Positions 11,956 through 25,560 are shown, counted from the stretch's first letter. The stretch: DNA of 64,000 nucleotides from Octopus sinensis (GCF_006345805.1 NW_021834220.1:1-64000), one strand, 5' to 3'. Notes: generated by a model not told the origin, from the sequence alone. Made by a program: numbers and translations.

Positions 11956-12814
11956 AATACCAGCTTTCAAATTCGTTCTAGGTTCAAATCCCACCAGGAT
12001 TGACTCTATTTCTCATAAACTTTAATACCAGTTATATATTGTGTTGTACTCTACTCATTATCAGACACCTGTACAAAATTAGCATCATACTTCATCCCCA
12101 AATTTCATCATTACTCATAAACGTCACGTCCTGTGTTCAAATTCCGTTGAGAAAAATTTCCCATTTATTATTTCTAGTGGAAAATAAAATATATTTATAT
12201 ATCAATATTTCACTGATACCATTACCTCAATGAATTTATTGAATACCGTTATTAATTCTAATTCATTAATCATAAAATATAATGCAAGCAAGGCGATGAC
12301 AAAAAAGTGAAATTCGATAGTTTAAAAAAAAGTATTTGGTTACAGATCCATGGGAGGCAACTCTGATAGACCTAGTTTCGATAACATTTTCTTTTCATGT
12401 AAACACAGTTATGATACCTTAAGTATTTTATTATATGTTGCTTTAAGGCAAAATCACCATTTACGTTGCAAGCAGAAGGGATGAAGAAGCCGTGACATAT
12501 CTACAAAATACTCAACCGAATAAGTGAAATGTTTGTTGTGTGTCTAGTCAATAATCCGCATTAGTGTCAACGTAATTCTAGGTTCGAATCGTACTGAACG
12601 GTACCTTGTGTAAGAGGCAATGCCGTTTTAATGCCTGGTTGCTATGGAAAAATTGCCTGAGGGTCCCATGGATCTAGTTTATGTATGCAGTGGCTTTTAA
12701 TGGGCCCCGGTACATTGCCTTGTTTAGTAGGGGTGGTGTTGGTAGCTAAAATGCTACAAAGAGTGCGTCCTGCTTAGATTCATTAACGGCAAAATGTAGA
12801 TTTTTGTTTTTTTC

Positions 12815-13250
12815 CTTGGTTTTAGTCCCTGGACAGTGGCCATAATGGAGCACCGTCTAGAATGGTCTATTCGAACAAACCGACCCATTCCCCCAGTACT
12901 TATTTTGAAAATCTGCTATTTATTCCAAAGGTCTCCTTTGCAGAGCCGCTAAGTTTCGGGGGACGCAGACAAACCCACGCCGGCCATCAAGCGGAACCGC
13001 AGACACACCCACAACGATCGACACAAAGACACACACACACACACACACACACATACACACACATGTATATACAACGGGTTTCTACAGTTTCCGCCTAGCA
13101 AATTTATTCAAAAAGAATGGTCGGCCCAGGGATATAGTAGAAGACTCGCGCCCAACGCACCGCGACTGAAACCGAAACCACATGGATGCTAAGTCAACAT
13201 GTTAACCCCTCCCCCCCATATAGCGTCTACCGCATAGCCATGCTTGCTGA
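12815..13250 (-). mobile_element. tRNA-derived SINE, family B, diverged
   Basis: Homologous to 16762-17156, including the internal (CA)n. Confidence 0.7.
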
Positions 13251-13544
13251 TATAAATATATTTTTTATTCTTTTCAGTTTGTTCGGCTGAGACTTTTGTC
13301 ACCACTTGCTTGTAACTTCTCTCATTATTGAAGATATGGTATTCCGCCAAGATCAACTTCGCCTTTCAGCCTTTAGGGTAGATAAAATGAATACCAGTCA
13401 AATACGAAGCTAAATCAATGTTGTTATCGTGCAATGCCTGTGCAAGAAGATTTTTTTTTAAGTGAGGAAAGACTGTGCACTGAGTCAATCCCACTCACTA
13501 AGCAACAGCAGCCATAATTCGAAAAGAAGAACAAGTCAACATCA

Positions 13545-13872
13545 TCGGTAACCACCGAGCCGCAGGTTTTATGTCGGAGTTATCCCAGTTACCTGAGTTA
13601 CCTTCTCCTAGAAGGATGCCCTAACAAAGGCTAGAAGTCCTTCACTCCCAATGGTTTAACCGCGCAATCGGGTATTCAGTCCGATTATTTCTATGTCCCC
13701 GCGCATGATACAGCCTTAAGACATTTATTGGATGGCCGTTGACTCTCAAGAGTTCTTCCGCCCTTTGACAGGGTTTTGTTTTTCATCCCGCAGGGTGTCC
13801 AATAAACACCCTCCTCACCAAGCAAGCTTGGTGGGGTTGCCGGTTTAGTCACCGACGACTCGACCATGCAAC
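13545..13872 (-). mobile_element. GC-rich structured segment resembling an RTE-clade retrotransposon 5' UTR
   Basis: Minus strand carries agcctttgttagggcatccttctaggagaaggtaactc, resembling the recurrent RTE 5'UTR motif; several hairpins. Confidence 0.5.
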
Positions 13873-13880
13873 ATACATAC

Positions 13881-13963
<83 letters not shown>

Positions 13964-14211
13964 GATATGTGTGTTTGTGAGTGTATTTGTGCTTTTACCC
14001 ACCACTTGAGTAGATGTTAATTTCAGGAACGGCTGAGACAGAACTCGGAAACGTGACACGGTCTGGTGAAGTACTGGCTGTTACTTGTACGGAGACCCCC
14101 AAGTGGTCACATTTTTTTGCGTAGAAAGATCAAACCAAATCTCTTTGAAGTCACAATCCATCGTAATATGACAAGACATACTCACATGCGATAATATAAT
14201 TGTATTCCATT

Positions 14212-14330
14212 CATTTCATCCATCTTCTTTGCCCACTAATCGTGGCAGTGTCATCGGGGTAGAGTCCTCAGGCATCGCCTCCATAGGGTCCTATCAGAAG
14301 CAATTTCCATCACACATTCCGGCTGCCTAG
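14212..14330 (-). mobile_element. RTE retrotransposon extreme 3' fragment
   Basis: Diverged paralog of 14480-14600 (QPE.VM.IASDR.LWRRCL). Confidence 0.7.
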
Positions 14331-14477
14331 CCGCAGTTACACCTGAAAAAGTATTCCAGCAATTTTTTCTTGAAGAATTTCAGACGGTGACTTCCACAGA
14401 TCGATTAGTCTATCTTCTGTCGAAGCAGTCAGCGTAAAATTAGATTGGGTATTCTAGGAGCAGTTGTGCTTCCTTCA

Positions 14478-15145
14478 TTTCCCATCCATCCATCCATCCA
14501 TCCCTTTCTCCGCCCACTATTTTTGGGAGTAGAGTGCTCAAGCACCTCCTCCATAGGACCCTATCAGAAGCAATCTTCATCACACTTTCCGGCTGGATTC
14601 TCAAATGCGACCAATTAAGACCATAGATATTATCCAACCATGTCGTTCTTGGTCTACTCCTAGGTACCTGTGGAGGCGCGTGGCTTAGTGGTTAAGGTGT
14701 TAGACACGTGATCATAAGACTGTGGTTTCGATTCTTGGATCGGACGACGCGTTAGTGTTCTTGAGCAAAATACTTCATTTCACGTTGCTCCAGTCCACTC
14801 AGCTGGCAAAAAGAATAATCCTGCGATGGATCGGCGTCCGTCCAGGTGAGGAATTTATACACCATGGAAACCGGAAACCGGCCCTTATGAGTCGGCATGA
14901 TTCGAGAAGTTACTTTTTACCTAGGTCTCCTACCGGTTGGCTTTGTTTCAAGAATCTATCTGGCGATTCTTTCCTGCACCATTTTAATCACATGTTCCTA
15001 ATACCAGAGCAGTGACCTCTCAATGCGGAGAAATAGCAGCTCGACCTGGAGGGACTCCTTCATGTCCGAGTTACGTCTCCTGTCCAGTAACGTTATTCCA
15101 GACACCCCTCAGAGGAACCCCATTTCAGCCGCTTTTACTTACGAT
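14478..15145 (-). pseudogene. RTE-clade non-LTR retrotransposon 3' end with (GGAT)n tail, interrupted by a SINE
   Basis: KAAEMGFL.GVSGITLLDRRRNSD...HVIKM..ERIAR..TGRRPR / RPRTTWLDNI...DRVLWRR, typical of the RTE C-terminus; contains stops. Confidence 0.85.
14666..14919 (+). mobile_element. tRNA-derived SINE (family C-like head) with 7-bp TSD
   Basis: ggcgcgtggcttagtggttaagg...ggtttcgattc head; CCTAGGT duplicated at 14659-14665 and 14920-14926. Confidence 0.8.
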
Positions 15146-15659
15146 TGTATTCTTTCGGTCATTACCTAACATTCAACTAAAAATCGAGGAGATAACCATG
15201 GCTGGGTTGACGTCGGTGATAGGTTTGTTCGATCGAACAAGGTTGATGTACAACAAACATTTAACACACAGCAATGTATCCTATGCTCGGGTGGCCAGTG
15301 ACCAAATACTCTGGATGAAGAAGGAGGTAGGTGAGTAGGCAAGCAGTAGGATTTCGAATATAACATGGCGAAGAACGAAAACGAATCTCACAAATAAAAC
15401 CGACGTCTAAATATCGTAAACTGAAAGGACGGGTCCCTAGAGTACTGGAAAGATACTCTCAATTCCTCCTCTCATGGGTCGGTTGCTGAAGTTAAATTTA
15501 GAAGGCAGGAAATTCAGGGTGCTGCGGACTTCTTTTTCGTCAACTATCTTATTAGTGAACAGGGAAAGGCCACTCCAGAGTTACTTGTTCGTTGGTCACT
15601 TTCTGCACTGAGCTCTGATAATTAGTAGTGTAGATCTAGAGGGTCAAGTCATGACGTCA

Positions 15660-16090
15660 TAAAATCATGGGTCACTGAATCATTGTACAATTGAGTCATT
15701 GTATAACTGAGATACAGATTCATTGGGTCGTTGATTCACTAGTCATTGGGGTCACTGGGTAATTGGGGTCACTGGGTAATAAGGGTTACTGGGTAATTGG
15801 GGTCACTCGGTCACTGAAGGTCACTGGGGCATTGTGCCAGTATATCATCGTGTCATTGGGTTACTGGGTTATTGTGTAAGTGGGCCATTTTGGTGCAGGA
15901 CCATTGCACCACTGGGTCAGTGTGTGACTTAGTTATTGGATCATTGTGCATTGTCCCACTGGGTCTTAATGTCACTAGTTCATTGTGCTTCTGAATAATT
16001 ACATCACTGGGTCATTATGTGAGACCGGGTCATTTGGCCGCTGGGTCGTTGTGTTAGTGGTTTATTGGAGCGTTGTATATCTGAGTCGTC
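15660..16090. repeat. Degenerate 8-9 bp minisatellite (GTCAYTGG)
   Basis: Dozens of gtcattgg/gtcactgg variants. Confidence 0.85.
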
Positions 16091-16331
16091 ATTAAAAACC
16101 CAAGCCTCTTGTAGTAATTATATAGTTGAAAAATAAATTTCTCTTCAGATACCGCACCTTGTTTGGAACAAAAAAACGAGCTTTGACTAACCAAAAGCGG
16201 AACTTATTTACGACTTCATTTCGACACATGAGTATCCAGATGTTTAATCAACAGAACAATAAGTATCGAAAGTGGCTGAGTATTCCACAAACACCTGTAC
16301 CCTTAAAGTGATTCTTAAGTAGAATCACTTT

Positions 16332-16563
16332 AAGGCGGCGAGCTGGCAGAAACGTTAGCACGCCGGGCGAAATGCGTAGCTGTATTTCGTCTGCCGTTAC
16401 GTTCTGAGTTCAAATTCCGCCGAGGTCGACTTTGCCTTTCATCCTTTCGGGGTCGATAAATTAAGTACCAGTTACGCACTGGGGTCGATGTAATCGACTT
16501 AATCCGTTTGTCTGTCCTTGTTTGTCTCCTCTGTTGTGTAGCCCTTGTGGGTAGTAAAGAAAC
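16332..16563 (+). mobile_element. Young family A SINE with 18-bp TSD
   Basis: GATTCTTAAGTAGAATCA at 16310-16327 and 16565-16582. Confidence 0.9.
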
Positions 16564-16761
16564 GGATTCTTAAGTAGAATCATCTTTATACATGTATGAC
16601 CAGGCTGGATCACTAAATTACAGAGAAGGCTTGGGTCAACCGAAGCACTGGCAAATACATTTCTCCAATATGCTGCGCAGCGAAATCGAAATTGAGATGA
16701 TAACCATGATCACGAATCGATCTTTTAAATTATTCAGCATACATATTCTGGGCTCATGTAC

Positions 16762-17156
16762 TCTTTTACTTGTTTCAGTCATTTGACTGCGGCCATGCTG
16801 GAGCACCGCCTTTAGTCGAGCAACTCGACCCCGAGACTTATTCTTTTGTAAGCCCAGTACTTATTCTATCGGTCTCTTTTGCCGAACCGCTAAGTAACGG
16901 CGACATAAATACACCAGCATCGGTTGTCAACCAATGCTAGGAGGACAAACACAGACACACAAACACACACGCATATATATATATATATACATATATACGA
17001 CGGGGTTCTTTCAGTTTCCGTCTACCAAATCCACTCACAAGGCTTTGGTCGGTCCGAGGCTATAGTAGAAGACACTTGCCCAATGTGCCACGCAGTGGGA
17101 CTAAACCCGGAACCATGTGGTTGGTTAGCAATCTACTTACCACACAGCCACTCCTG
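16762..17156 (-). mobile_element. tRNA-derived SINE, family B, full length
   Basis: Head ggagtggctgtgtggtaag...gggtttagtcccac, core ttgggcaagtgtcttc, internal microsatellite, tail gactgaaacaagtaaaagag. Confidence 0.9.
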
Positions 17157-17458
17157 CCAACAACATTTTTAAAAAAGTAAAACGTTATCTGTGGAAATAT
17201 ACTTGCAAATCGAACATTCTCCATAACCATTTGGTAGAAGTGGGTCCAATCCATCACTTTCTGACACCTGAGTTACAGGATTTTTCGGGAACTAAGTGAC
17301 CATTTTCCCAGTACCTGGATGTATATAGTATACTGGTGTAAGAAGCTGGTTAGAATGGTGAGGTGCACTGATCAAAACATGTTGGTGATGATTTCTCACA
17401 AACCTGTAGATGTGGGTTGCCCATCGTTGTTCTGTTTCTTTTCATTCATATATCATCT

Positions 17459-17699
<241 letters not shown>

Positions 17700-18037
17700 A
17701 GCAGATCAATCTTTCGGGCTACATCATTCTAGTAGTGTAATTTCGTTAGGATGCCTTCATTTTTCTTCTTTTTTCTTTTCGCGTACAGGTGGTACAAATA
17801 TCAAAGATATCCGCTTTAATATAACCACCACCAGGCCCATGGGCGTTTATAGTGGAGTTCACTCTTTTGCCAGGATTCGAACCAGGCTTTCCGACAGGGC
17901 TTAAATGTAACCAACTTCTGTCTGTATGTCTGTCTGACTATATGAGTGTGTGTGTATGTGTGAGTGTGTGTGTGTCTTTCTCTCTTTTCGTCTCTCGCTC
18001 CTCACTTTACCATTCTCTATCTCTCTCTCTTTCTCTC

Positions 18038-18106
<69 letters not shown>

Positions 18107-18989
18107 AGTCTTTTCCTAAGTTCTCATCCTCTCTGATTTCTGTTCTCACAACACTTGATGCACCCTCACGCTTATCCCATCTCGATTCTGCCTGCACGGA
18201 GATTGAACCCGTTGCTATACTCATCTCCCTAAGCAAACTTGTTTCCTCTCCTGCATCACATCTCCAAAACGAATCTCTGTGGACCTATAACTGTCTCTAC
18301 AACCTCCGGGTCATATGACCACTGACCTATCACATACCTCTAATACACATCTATACGCTACACAATGACCCTACTCTCTGGACCCTATGGCACGATTTTT
18401 CAGAAAAACACCCGTTTTAAACCCTTCAGTATTGGACAATTTCCCAGCATAAATTATAAAAGAAACATAAATTACAATTGAGTCACAGTTACCAATTCAT
18501 TGGACATCTCTAAAATGCATGCGAAACCAAGACTACGTGATCTTGACTTATTGTTTGATCACAAGTCTTCTCATAAATCTTACAGATGATAATCCACAGA
18601 TTGGTAATTCTGTAACTAATGCTAGCAAAATTTTTATTTATCCATGCCAAAAACTAAGAATATTGAATATCGAATTCTTAAAAAATTTACTCAATATGTA
18701 TTATTTATCTGTATTTTAGCATAAATAAAAAATAAAAATTAATAATAGTTTTACTTTTTTATCCGTGATTGAAGGGGGTTAAAGATAGTTATGCGTCGCA
18801 GTAGACATGTCCCGTTCCTGTGCCAGCAAGAAAAGCTGGAAGGCTGATTGACACATCTTACATCAGACATATAGGGAAGTATCCACGTCTCAAGATCGGA
18901 TTGCGCAGGTTGAATCTCACTTAAGAAAACTGTTTAACGCAAACCCTGCAGCGCTGAGGATTGATTTTCATAGCCGCTTGAGGGCGTCA

Positions 18990-19279
18990 CGCTCTTCATC
19001 ATGATCTTCCAAAACGGAGAAAATACCACCACCATCATCATCATCATCATCATGATTGTCGCCGTTGTCGTCCTAATCATCACCACCACCACCACACCAC
19101 CACCACCACCATCATTATCATGTTTCACATATGGTTCGAACGCCCTTCATTAAGATCTTCCGAAACGGAGAAACTACCACCACCATCGTCATCATCATCA
19201 TTGTCGCCGTTGTCGCCCTAATCACAACCACCACCACCACCACCACCATCATCATTATTATGTTTCACATATGGTTCGA
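18990..19279. repeat. Tandem duplication of a ~145-bp unit
   Basis: gatcttcc.aaacggagaaa...tgtttcacatatggttcga occurs twice. Confidence 0.9.
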
Positions 19280-19417
19280 GTATAACTGAAAAAAAAGAAG
19301 AAAAAAATGAAAATGAATAAAAAAAAGTAAGAGACCCCTACAGTGACGGAGAAAGCGCATTCGTTCCCAGAAACAGACATCGTGTACCCAGCAACTTATA
19401 TATATGTAGCAACAACT

Positions 19418-19442
<25 letters not shown>

Positions 19443-19450
<8 letters not shown>

Positions 19451-19726
19451 AAAGGGCTTAGTAAAATAAATTACTTTGCCGCATACTGAACTCATTAGAA
19501 ATAGCAGCTAAAAAACTTTTTTAAAGCTATTTCTAATACTTAAAGAAAATCTCTCTCATATATAGTGTTTGCTTAATTCAACAAACACTATATTAAGCAA
19601 ACACTATATATGAGAGAGATTTTCTTTAAGTATTAGAAATAGCTTTAAAAAAGTTTTTTAGCTGCTATTTCTAATGAGTTCAGTATGCGGCAAAGTAATT
19701 TATTTTACTAAGCCCTTTTATATAAT
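19443..19726. repeat. Perfect inverted repeat, 135-bp arms, 14-nt spacer
   Basis: 19443-19577 is the reverse complement of 19592-19726. Confidence 0.95.
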
Positions 19727-19819
19727 GTAATAATTTGAATTCGCCTTGAATGGTCCCTTTGCATACTGAACACTTGGTGAAATTGATTAATAATTAATTA
19801 ATTTTGCCCTCAATTGTTG

Positions 19820-19859
<40 letters not shown>

Positions 19860-19965
19860 TGTATATAATCAATCCAAATAAGAACAAGCAAGGAAAAACA
19901 ACCCGAGGACGTGGAACAACAGGTACTGTTATTGGACGCGCAGGAAAGGAAAGAAAAGAAAGAGG

Positions 19966-20000
19966 ATTTCACGTTTCGAGCGGAACTCTTCATCAGAAAT
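19966..20000 (-). ncRNA. Minimal hammerhead-like motif, probably inactive (GUG triplet)
   Basis: ATTT-CTGATGA-A-GAGT-tcc-GCTC-GAAA-CG-TG-AAAT. Confidence 0.5.
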
Positions 20001-20060
20001 ATAGAAAAAGTTCAAAGAAGGGAAGACGGAGAAAGAAAATCGCCAACGATACACACGCAG

Positions 20061-20123
<63 letters not shown>

Positions 20124-20793
20124 ATGGACTTCTTTCAGTTTCAATCGGCTAAATCCACTCACAAGGCCTTGTAGTAGAAGATATTTGCCCAAGGTGCAAC
20201 GCAGAGGGAGTGAACCCGGGTTCATGTGGTTGGGAAGGAAGCTTCTTGCCACAGAGTCACGCCTGCGTATATATATGTGTGTGTGTGTGTGTGTGTATGT
20301 ATGTTTATATGTGCATGTATGTATACATGTATGTCAGTATACCTGCAATTAAGTTTGAATTAAAAGCACTCATAGCAAATTTGATTGTTAAAGAAGAACG
20401 AATGTCCCAGATCAGGTGAAACAACTCTCCACTCGGTGAGCAAGAATGATATATATCGAAGTTTCGCTAATTTGTAGCTCGTCAGTACCATGTACTCAAC
20501 ACACCTCGAAACAAAACGAATCACCGGTCTGGGACATATATAAGATACTGTGAAATCTATTTGCTGATGTGATGTGGTGTAGCACATGTGGATCAAAGTT
20601 AAAAGTCCGAATTAAAAGCAGCTTTGATAATCTAAATATTATTGATTGCGCATACATAGCGTAGAATGTATAATAACCACTTTTTTTCCTTAAGATCTAG
20701 AAAATACTTCATCATCTTCCTATGATTACTGTCAATATACAAAACTTATACACACCTCACCAAAGTTTTTTAACGCCACACCAAGCACGGTCC

Positions 20794-20834
<41 letters not shown>

Positions 20835-21059
20835 ACGGACACGCACGCACACACACACACATAGTGCATCAAGGAAGAAAATGATACTCAAGTGAGTAGC
20901 ATAAAATCCCTCAGAGATAAACCCCAGTTTCTGGCCCACAGACGTGTTGTATACTCTCACCGTAGATTCCTGCGCAATTGTAATGTCCTTGGAGCTGATT
21001 GGGCTAATCCTACGTCCACACAAGCATCTCAACTTCTATATGGTATCGAATACGGTATT

Positions 21060-21400
21060 CATTTATTCTTCTAATTGTTTCAGTCATTTGAGCACCGCCT
21101 TTAGTCGAATCAAATCGATCCCAGGACTAATTCTTTGTAAGCCTAGCACTTATCCTGTCGGTCTCTTTTGCCTGCATCGGTTGTCAAGCGATGTTGGGTG
21201 GGTGGGTGGGACAAACACAGATACACACACACATATTTACGACGGGTTTCTTTCAGGTTCCGTCTACCAAATCCACTCACAAGTCTTTGGTCGGCTCGAG
21301 GCTATAGTACAAGACACTTGCCCAAGGTACCACGCAGTGGGACTGAACCCAGAACCATGTGGTTGGTAAGCAAGCTACTTACCACACAGCCACACCTGCG
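21060..21400 (-). mobile_element. SINE family B
   Basis: Homologous to 16762-17156. Confidence 0.85.
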
Positions 21401-22574
21401 CCACAATGTTATAAGAAAAAATTCTTGATATAGTCACAAAGTTTGAAAGGAAAATTTTCTTCAATTAAAAATTGTTAATTAATTACATAATAAATCGTAT
21501 AAAATAAAGACTTGATGTGTGTGGGAACGTGTGTGTGTGTATATATATATATACATACATACATGCATGCATGCATACATACATACATACGTACATACAT
21601 ACATACATACATACATACATACATACATACATACATGTTCATATATAAATGTGTAGGAGGGAGGAGAGAGGAATCTACATTTATCATCACTGTCGTAAGC
21701 TGGAATTATTGGTTGAGTTTTTTCAGCTTTTACAGTCCGCAACCTGTACCAGGTCTTATTACTTTAAAAAAAATCATGCAGATAAATATATATTAATATA
21801 CTTAATTACATAATTCAATTAAAAACGTATTCGTTTTAATTATACCATAAAACAGTTTTCGTACAGCACCGCTGTTACTTAACCCTGTCCGTATAGCCTC
21901 ATACGTTTAAGGAGCGCCTCTTGTAATACGTTGGTTTTGTATGGATCGGTCTTGTTAATAATTGCTTCCAATGTTTCTAATTTTGGTTCAAGGCTAGCAA
22001 GTTTTGGAGGATGGAATGTCGAGTACACACGCCGACCCAGGACCCATCTGGTACTTATTATAACGACCCGGAAAAAAATGGAAGGCAAAGTCGACCTAGG
22101 GAGAATTCTGACTCAGAACCTAAACCCGGAAGAAATTCCATTAAGCATTATGTCCGGTGTGCTAACGATTTTGCCTGCTCGTCGCCCTGGGTTTCGTTTA
22201 TATTGAAATCTTTTTATTTAGTACAGAGGGACATTACAAGAAAAGTTTACAGTTTGTGAAGGGTTTTACATACGAGGTGAGAGGAAAGAAAAATAAAAGA
22301 CGGTGAAAATGAAATAAAAGTATACATGGTGAACAAATTGGGTGAACACAGGAATGATGTAGTTTTCCTAATAGAGGAGAACCTCAATCTTGGGCCAATG
22401 AAGGAATCCCACAGATCCAGGATAGCCCTGACCACCAAAAGCCCGAGCCCTCGCTCAGATGTTCTCCAATCTACAGGTGCAAACTGAAAGTAGTTCCATT
22501 TACACAAACCGTTTTGCCACAGTCATCCACCTTCTTACAAATTCAAATTAATAATATAAATGCAATAACTAAGA

Positions 22575-22808
22575 CCTATTTCTTTATTGCCCACAAGGGG
22601 CTAAACACAGAGGGGACAAACAAGGACAGACATAGGTATTAAGTCGATTACATCGACCCCAGTGCGTAACTGGTACTTAATTTATCGACCCCGAAAGGAT
22701 GAAAGGCAAAGTCGACCTCGGCGGAATTTTGAACTCACAACGTAACGCAGACGAAATACCGCTAAGCATTTCGCCCGGCGTGCTAACGTTTCTGCCAGCT
22801 CGCCGCCA
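22575..22808 (-). mobile_element. Young SINE family A
   Basis: Near-identical reverse complement of 16332-16563; TAAGACC on both flanks. Confidence 0.9.
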
Positions 22809-23329
22809 TTAAGACCGTTACCTTCATAGTTCACTTACGTTCATAGATATCTTCTTGTTTCTTTTTTATCGCTTAGAAAGAGAAATAAAAATGTTCTGTC
22901 TTTCATTCCTTTGTAATGATGCTCACGTTTCAAAGAAACTCAGGTAATGCTATCATCATTGTTGCTCACCCATAGATCATCTCTGATGGATTCAACCCAT
23001 GATCGATGGCGTTCCGTCCGCGACCACCTCCATGGAAAGACACAAGACTACCTTATCCAAGATATCACAGGACTACCTTATCCAAGTCACACCCTACTGT
23101 GTGGTAAGGGTGTGAGATTTGAATGAACTGGCTGCTATTTCTAGCAGACCGATAGTCTACAAAGAAGCGTCTTCGTTGGCTAGAATAGAAATTAGTTTCA
23201 GTCGTTCGTATTTTCTCCATTTATTTTAATCTCTTTCAATGTTATTGAAATTTACGCACAAAAATAATTTATCGCAGCATTTTATTTTATTAATTTCTTT
23301 TAGCTCTGTTCTTCCTCTACAGCTTTAAT

Positions 23330-23565
23330 TCTTTTATTCTTCTACTTGTTTCAGGCATTTGACTGCGGCCATGCTGGAGCACAGCCTAACAGGGATTTTT
23401 AGTCGAAGAAATCGACCTTAGTACTTATTTTTTGTAAACCTAATACTTACTATCACTTTTGCCTAACCGCTAAGTTACGGGGACTTAAACACACTAGCAT
23501 CGGTTGTCAAGCGATGGCGGAGGGACAAAAACACACACACACACGTACACACACAAACACACACA

Positions 23566-23624
<59 letters not shown>

Positions 23625-23785
23625 AAGTATATATATATACATATTCGACGGGCTTCTTTCAGTTTCCGTCTACTAAATCCACTCACAAAGCCTCGATCGG
23701 CCTGAGGCACAAGGTGCTACACAGGGGAACTAAACCCGGAACCATGTGGTTGGGAAGCAAGCTTCTTACCTCACAGCCACTCCTG
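23330..23785 (-). mobile_element. SINE family B
   Basis: Homologous to 16762-17156, with an expanded (CA)n. Confidence 0.85.
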
Positions 23786-24586
23786 TACCTCTTTGTTCAT
23801 GGTTTTTGAAATTTTTACCTCTTTTCAAACACATGACAATGGAGTGCCAACAACAAAAAAAAAAAAACAGAGAAGAAGAAAGAAAAAAATTATCAGTCAA
23901 TCGAGTAGGATCGAACCCGGTTCGCCAGGTAATTCTTAGCTGTTCCTCATTCAGCTATATTTTCTATCATTCTTAAATCCACATAGAAATACAAAATGCC
24001 TGATTTGTAAGGAAAGAGGCTAAAATGATTAAATCAGACTCAATACTTTAATGGTATTAAATTTTAACGACCCCTGGAGGGAATAACAAACACACTTAAT
24101 ACCCGGTAGGATTTGAAACAGAAAATGTAAAGGGACGTAACTTCGATATTGCAAATATAACTCTTAACACTTTGTCCCGCTCGTAGAAAATTAACCGGTT
24201 TGTAGGGTTTTGGTGATAGTAATAACACTACATAAATTTACGATTTTACTTTTCCTTAACAAAGTTAAAAAGCTTTAAATTCATAGCATAAAAACAAATG
24301 GGCAGAATGAAATTTTGTGATGTTTATGAATCATATTTTTGTTTTTCCGCTTAACTATATTCAGCACCTATAAAAATTACAGGCATATCTGTAAAGATTA
24401 TAGACATGTAGAGAGAAGGCAAGATGGTTCACGATGGAAGGGAAACTATTCAGTATGGACTGAAAGCAAAGCCAGTGAAGGATGCAAATTAAGTCCCTTA
24501 GCACAGCACACAGATAACCTCGTAAAAAATCTGAACACAGTGAGTCGGCTTATACTAATCAATTATTCGTTTTACTGTGCGATTGC

Positions 24587-24646
<60 letters not shown>

Positions 24647-24814
24647 AATAATTATTATATCTAGTCGACTACGTTCCGAATTCATGTCCTTTGGTGAACT
24701 TCGCATTTCATCCCACCAGAGATAATAAAATAAGGTACCAGCTAACTACTGGGGTCGATGATAACGACTACTTTCTTTGCTTCGAAATTGCTGGCTTTGT
24801 ATCGCAATCAGAAG

Positions 24815-25212
24815 TCGAGTGGCTGTGTGGTAAGTAGCTTGCTTACGAACCACATGGTCCCGGGTTCATTCCCACTGCGTGGCACCTTAATCAAGTGTCT
24901 TCTACTATAGCCTCGGGCCGACCAAAGCCTTGTGAGTGGATTTGGTAGACGGAAACTGAAAGAAGTCTGTCGTATATATTTATATATGTGTGTGTGTGTG
25001 TGTTTGCCCCCCCCCCCCAACATCGCTTGACAACTGATGCTGGTGTGTTTACGTCCCCGTAACTTACCGGTTCGGCAAAAGACAACGATAGAATAAGTAC
25101 TAGGCTTACAAAGAATAAGTCCTGGGGTCGATTTGCTCGACTAAAGGCTGTGCTCCAGCATGGCCTCAATCAAATGACTGAAACAAGTAAAAGAGAAAAA
25201 AAGTAAAAGAGT
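24815..25212 (+). mobile_element. SINE family B, full length
   Basis: gagtggctgtgtggtaag head through the gaaacaagtaaaagag tail. Confidence 0.9.
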
Positions 25213-25389
25213 TATATGTATATATAATTCAGTATGTTCTGCGTTCAAATCGTCACGAGGCCAGCATTTCATCATTCCGGGGTCTGATATAATGCTGTTC
25301 CATCTCATTCCCGTGGTTTGATACTTATCGACTGAAAAATATCTGGCTTTGTATTTATGTAAGGATTGATTTTTATAATAAACTTTTCG

Positions 25390-25519
25390 ACTTTGAGCAC
25401 AACACCTGCAAGTTTTTTTGGGGGGAATCAGGTTAATTGATTATATCAACCCCAGAACTTGACTGACACTTATTCCATCGATCCCGAAAGGATGAAAGCA
25501 ATAATAATAATAATAATAA

Positions 25520-25560
<41 letters not shown>

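Noticed and set aside
17760-17910. Plus-strand acceptor-like tract and short frame (similar sites at 13275 and 38613)
   Set aside because: There is no good donor, no phase-linked partner exons and no recognisable peptide.
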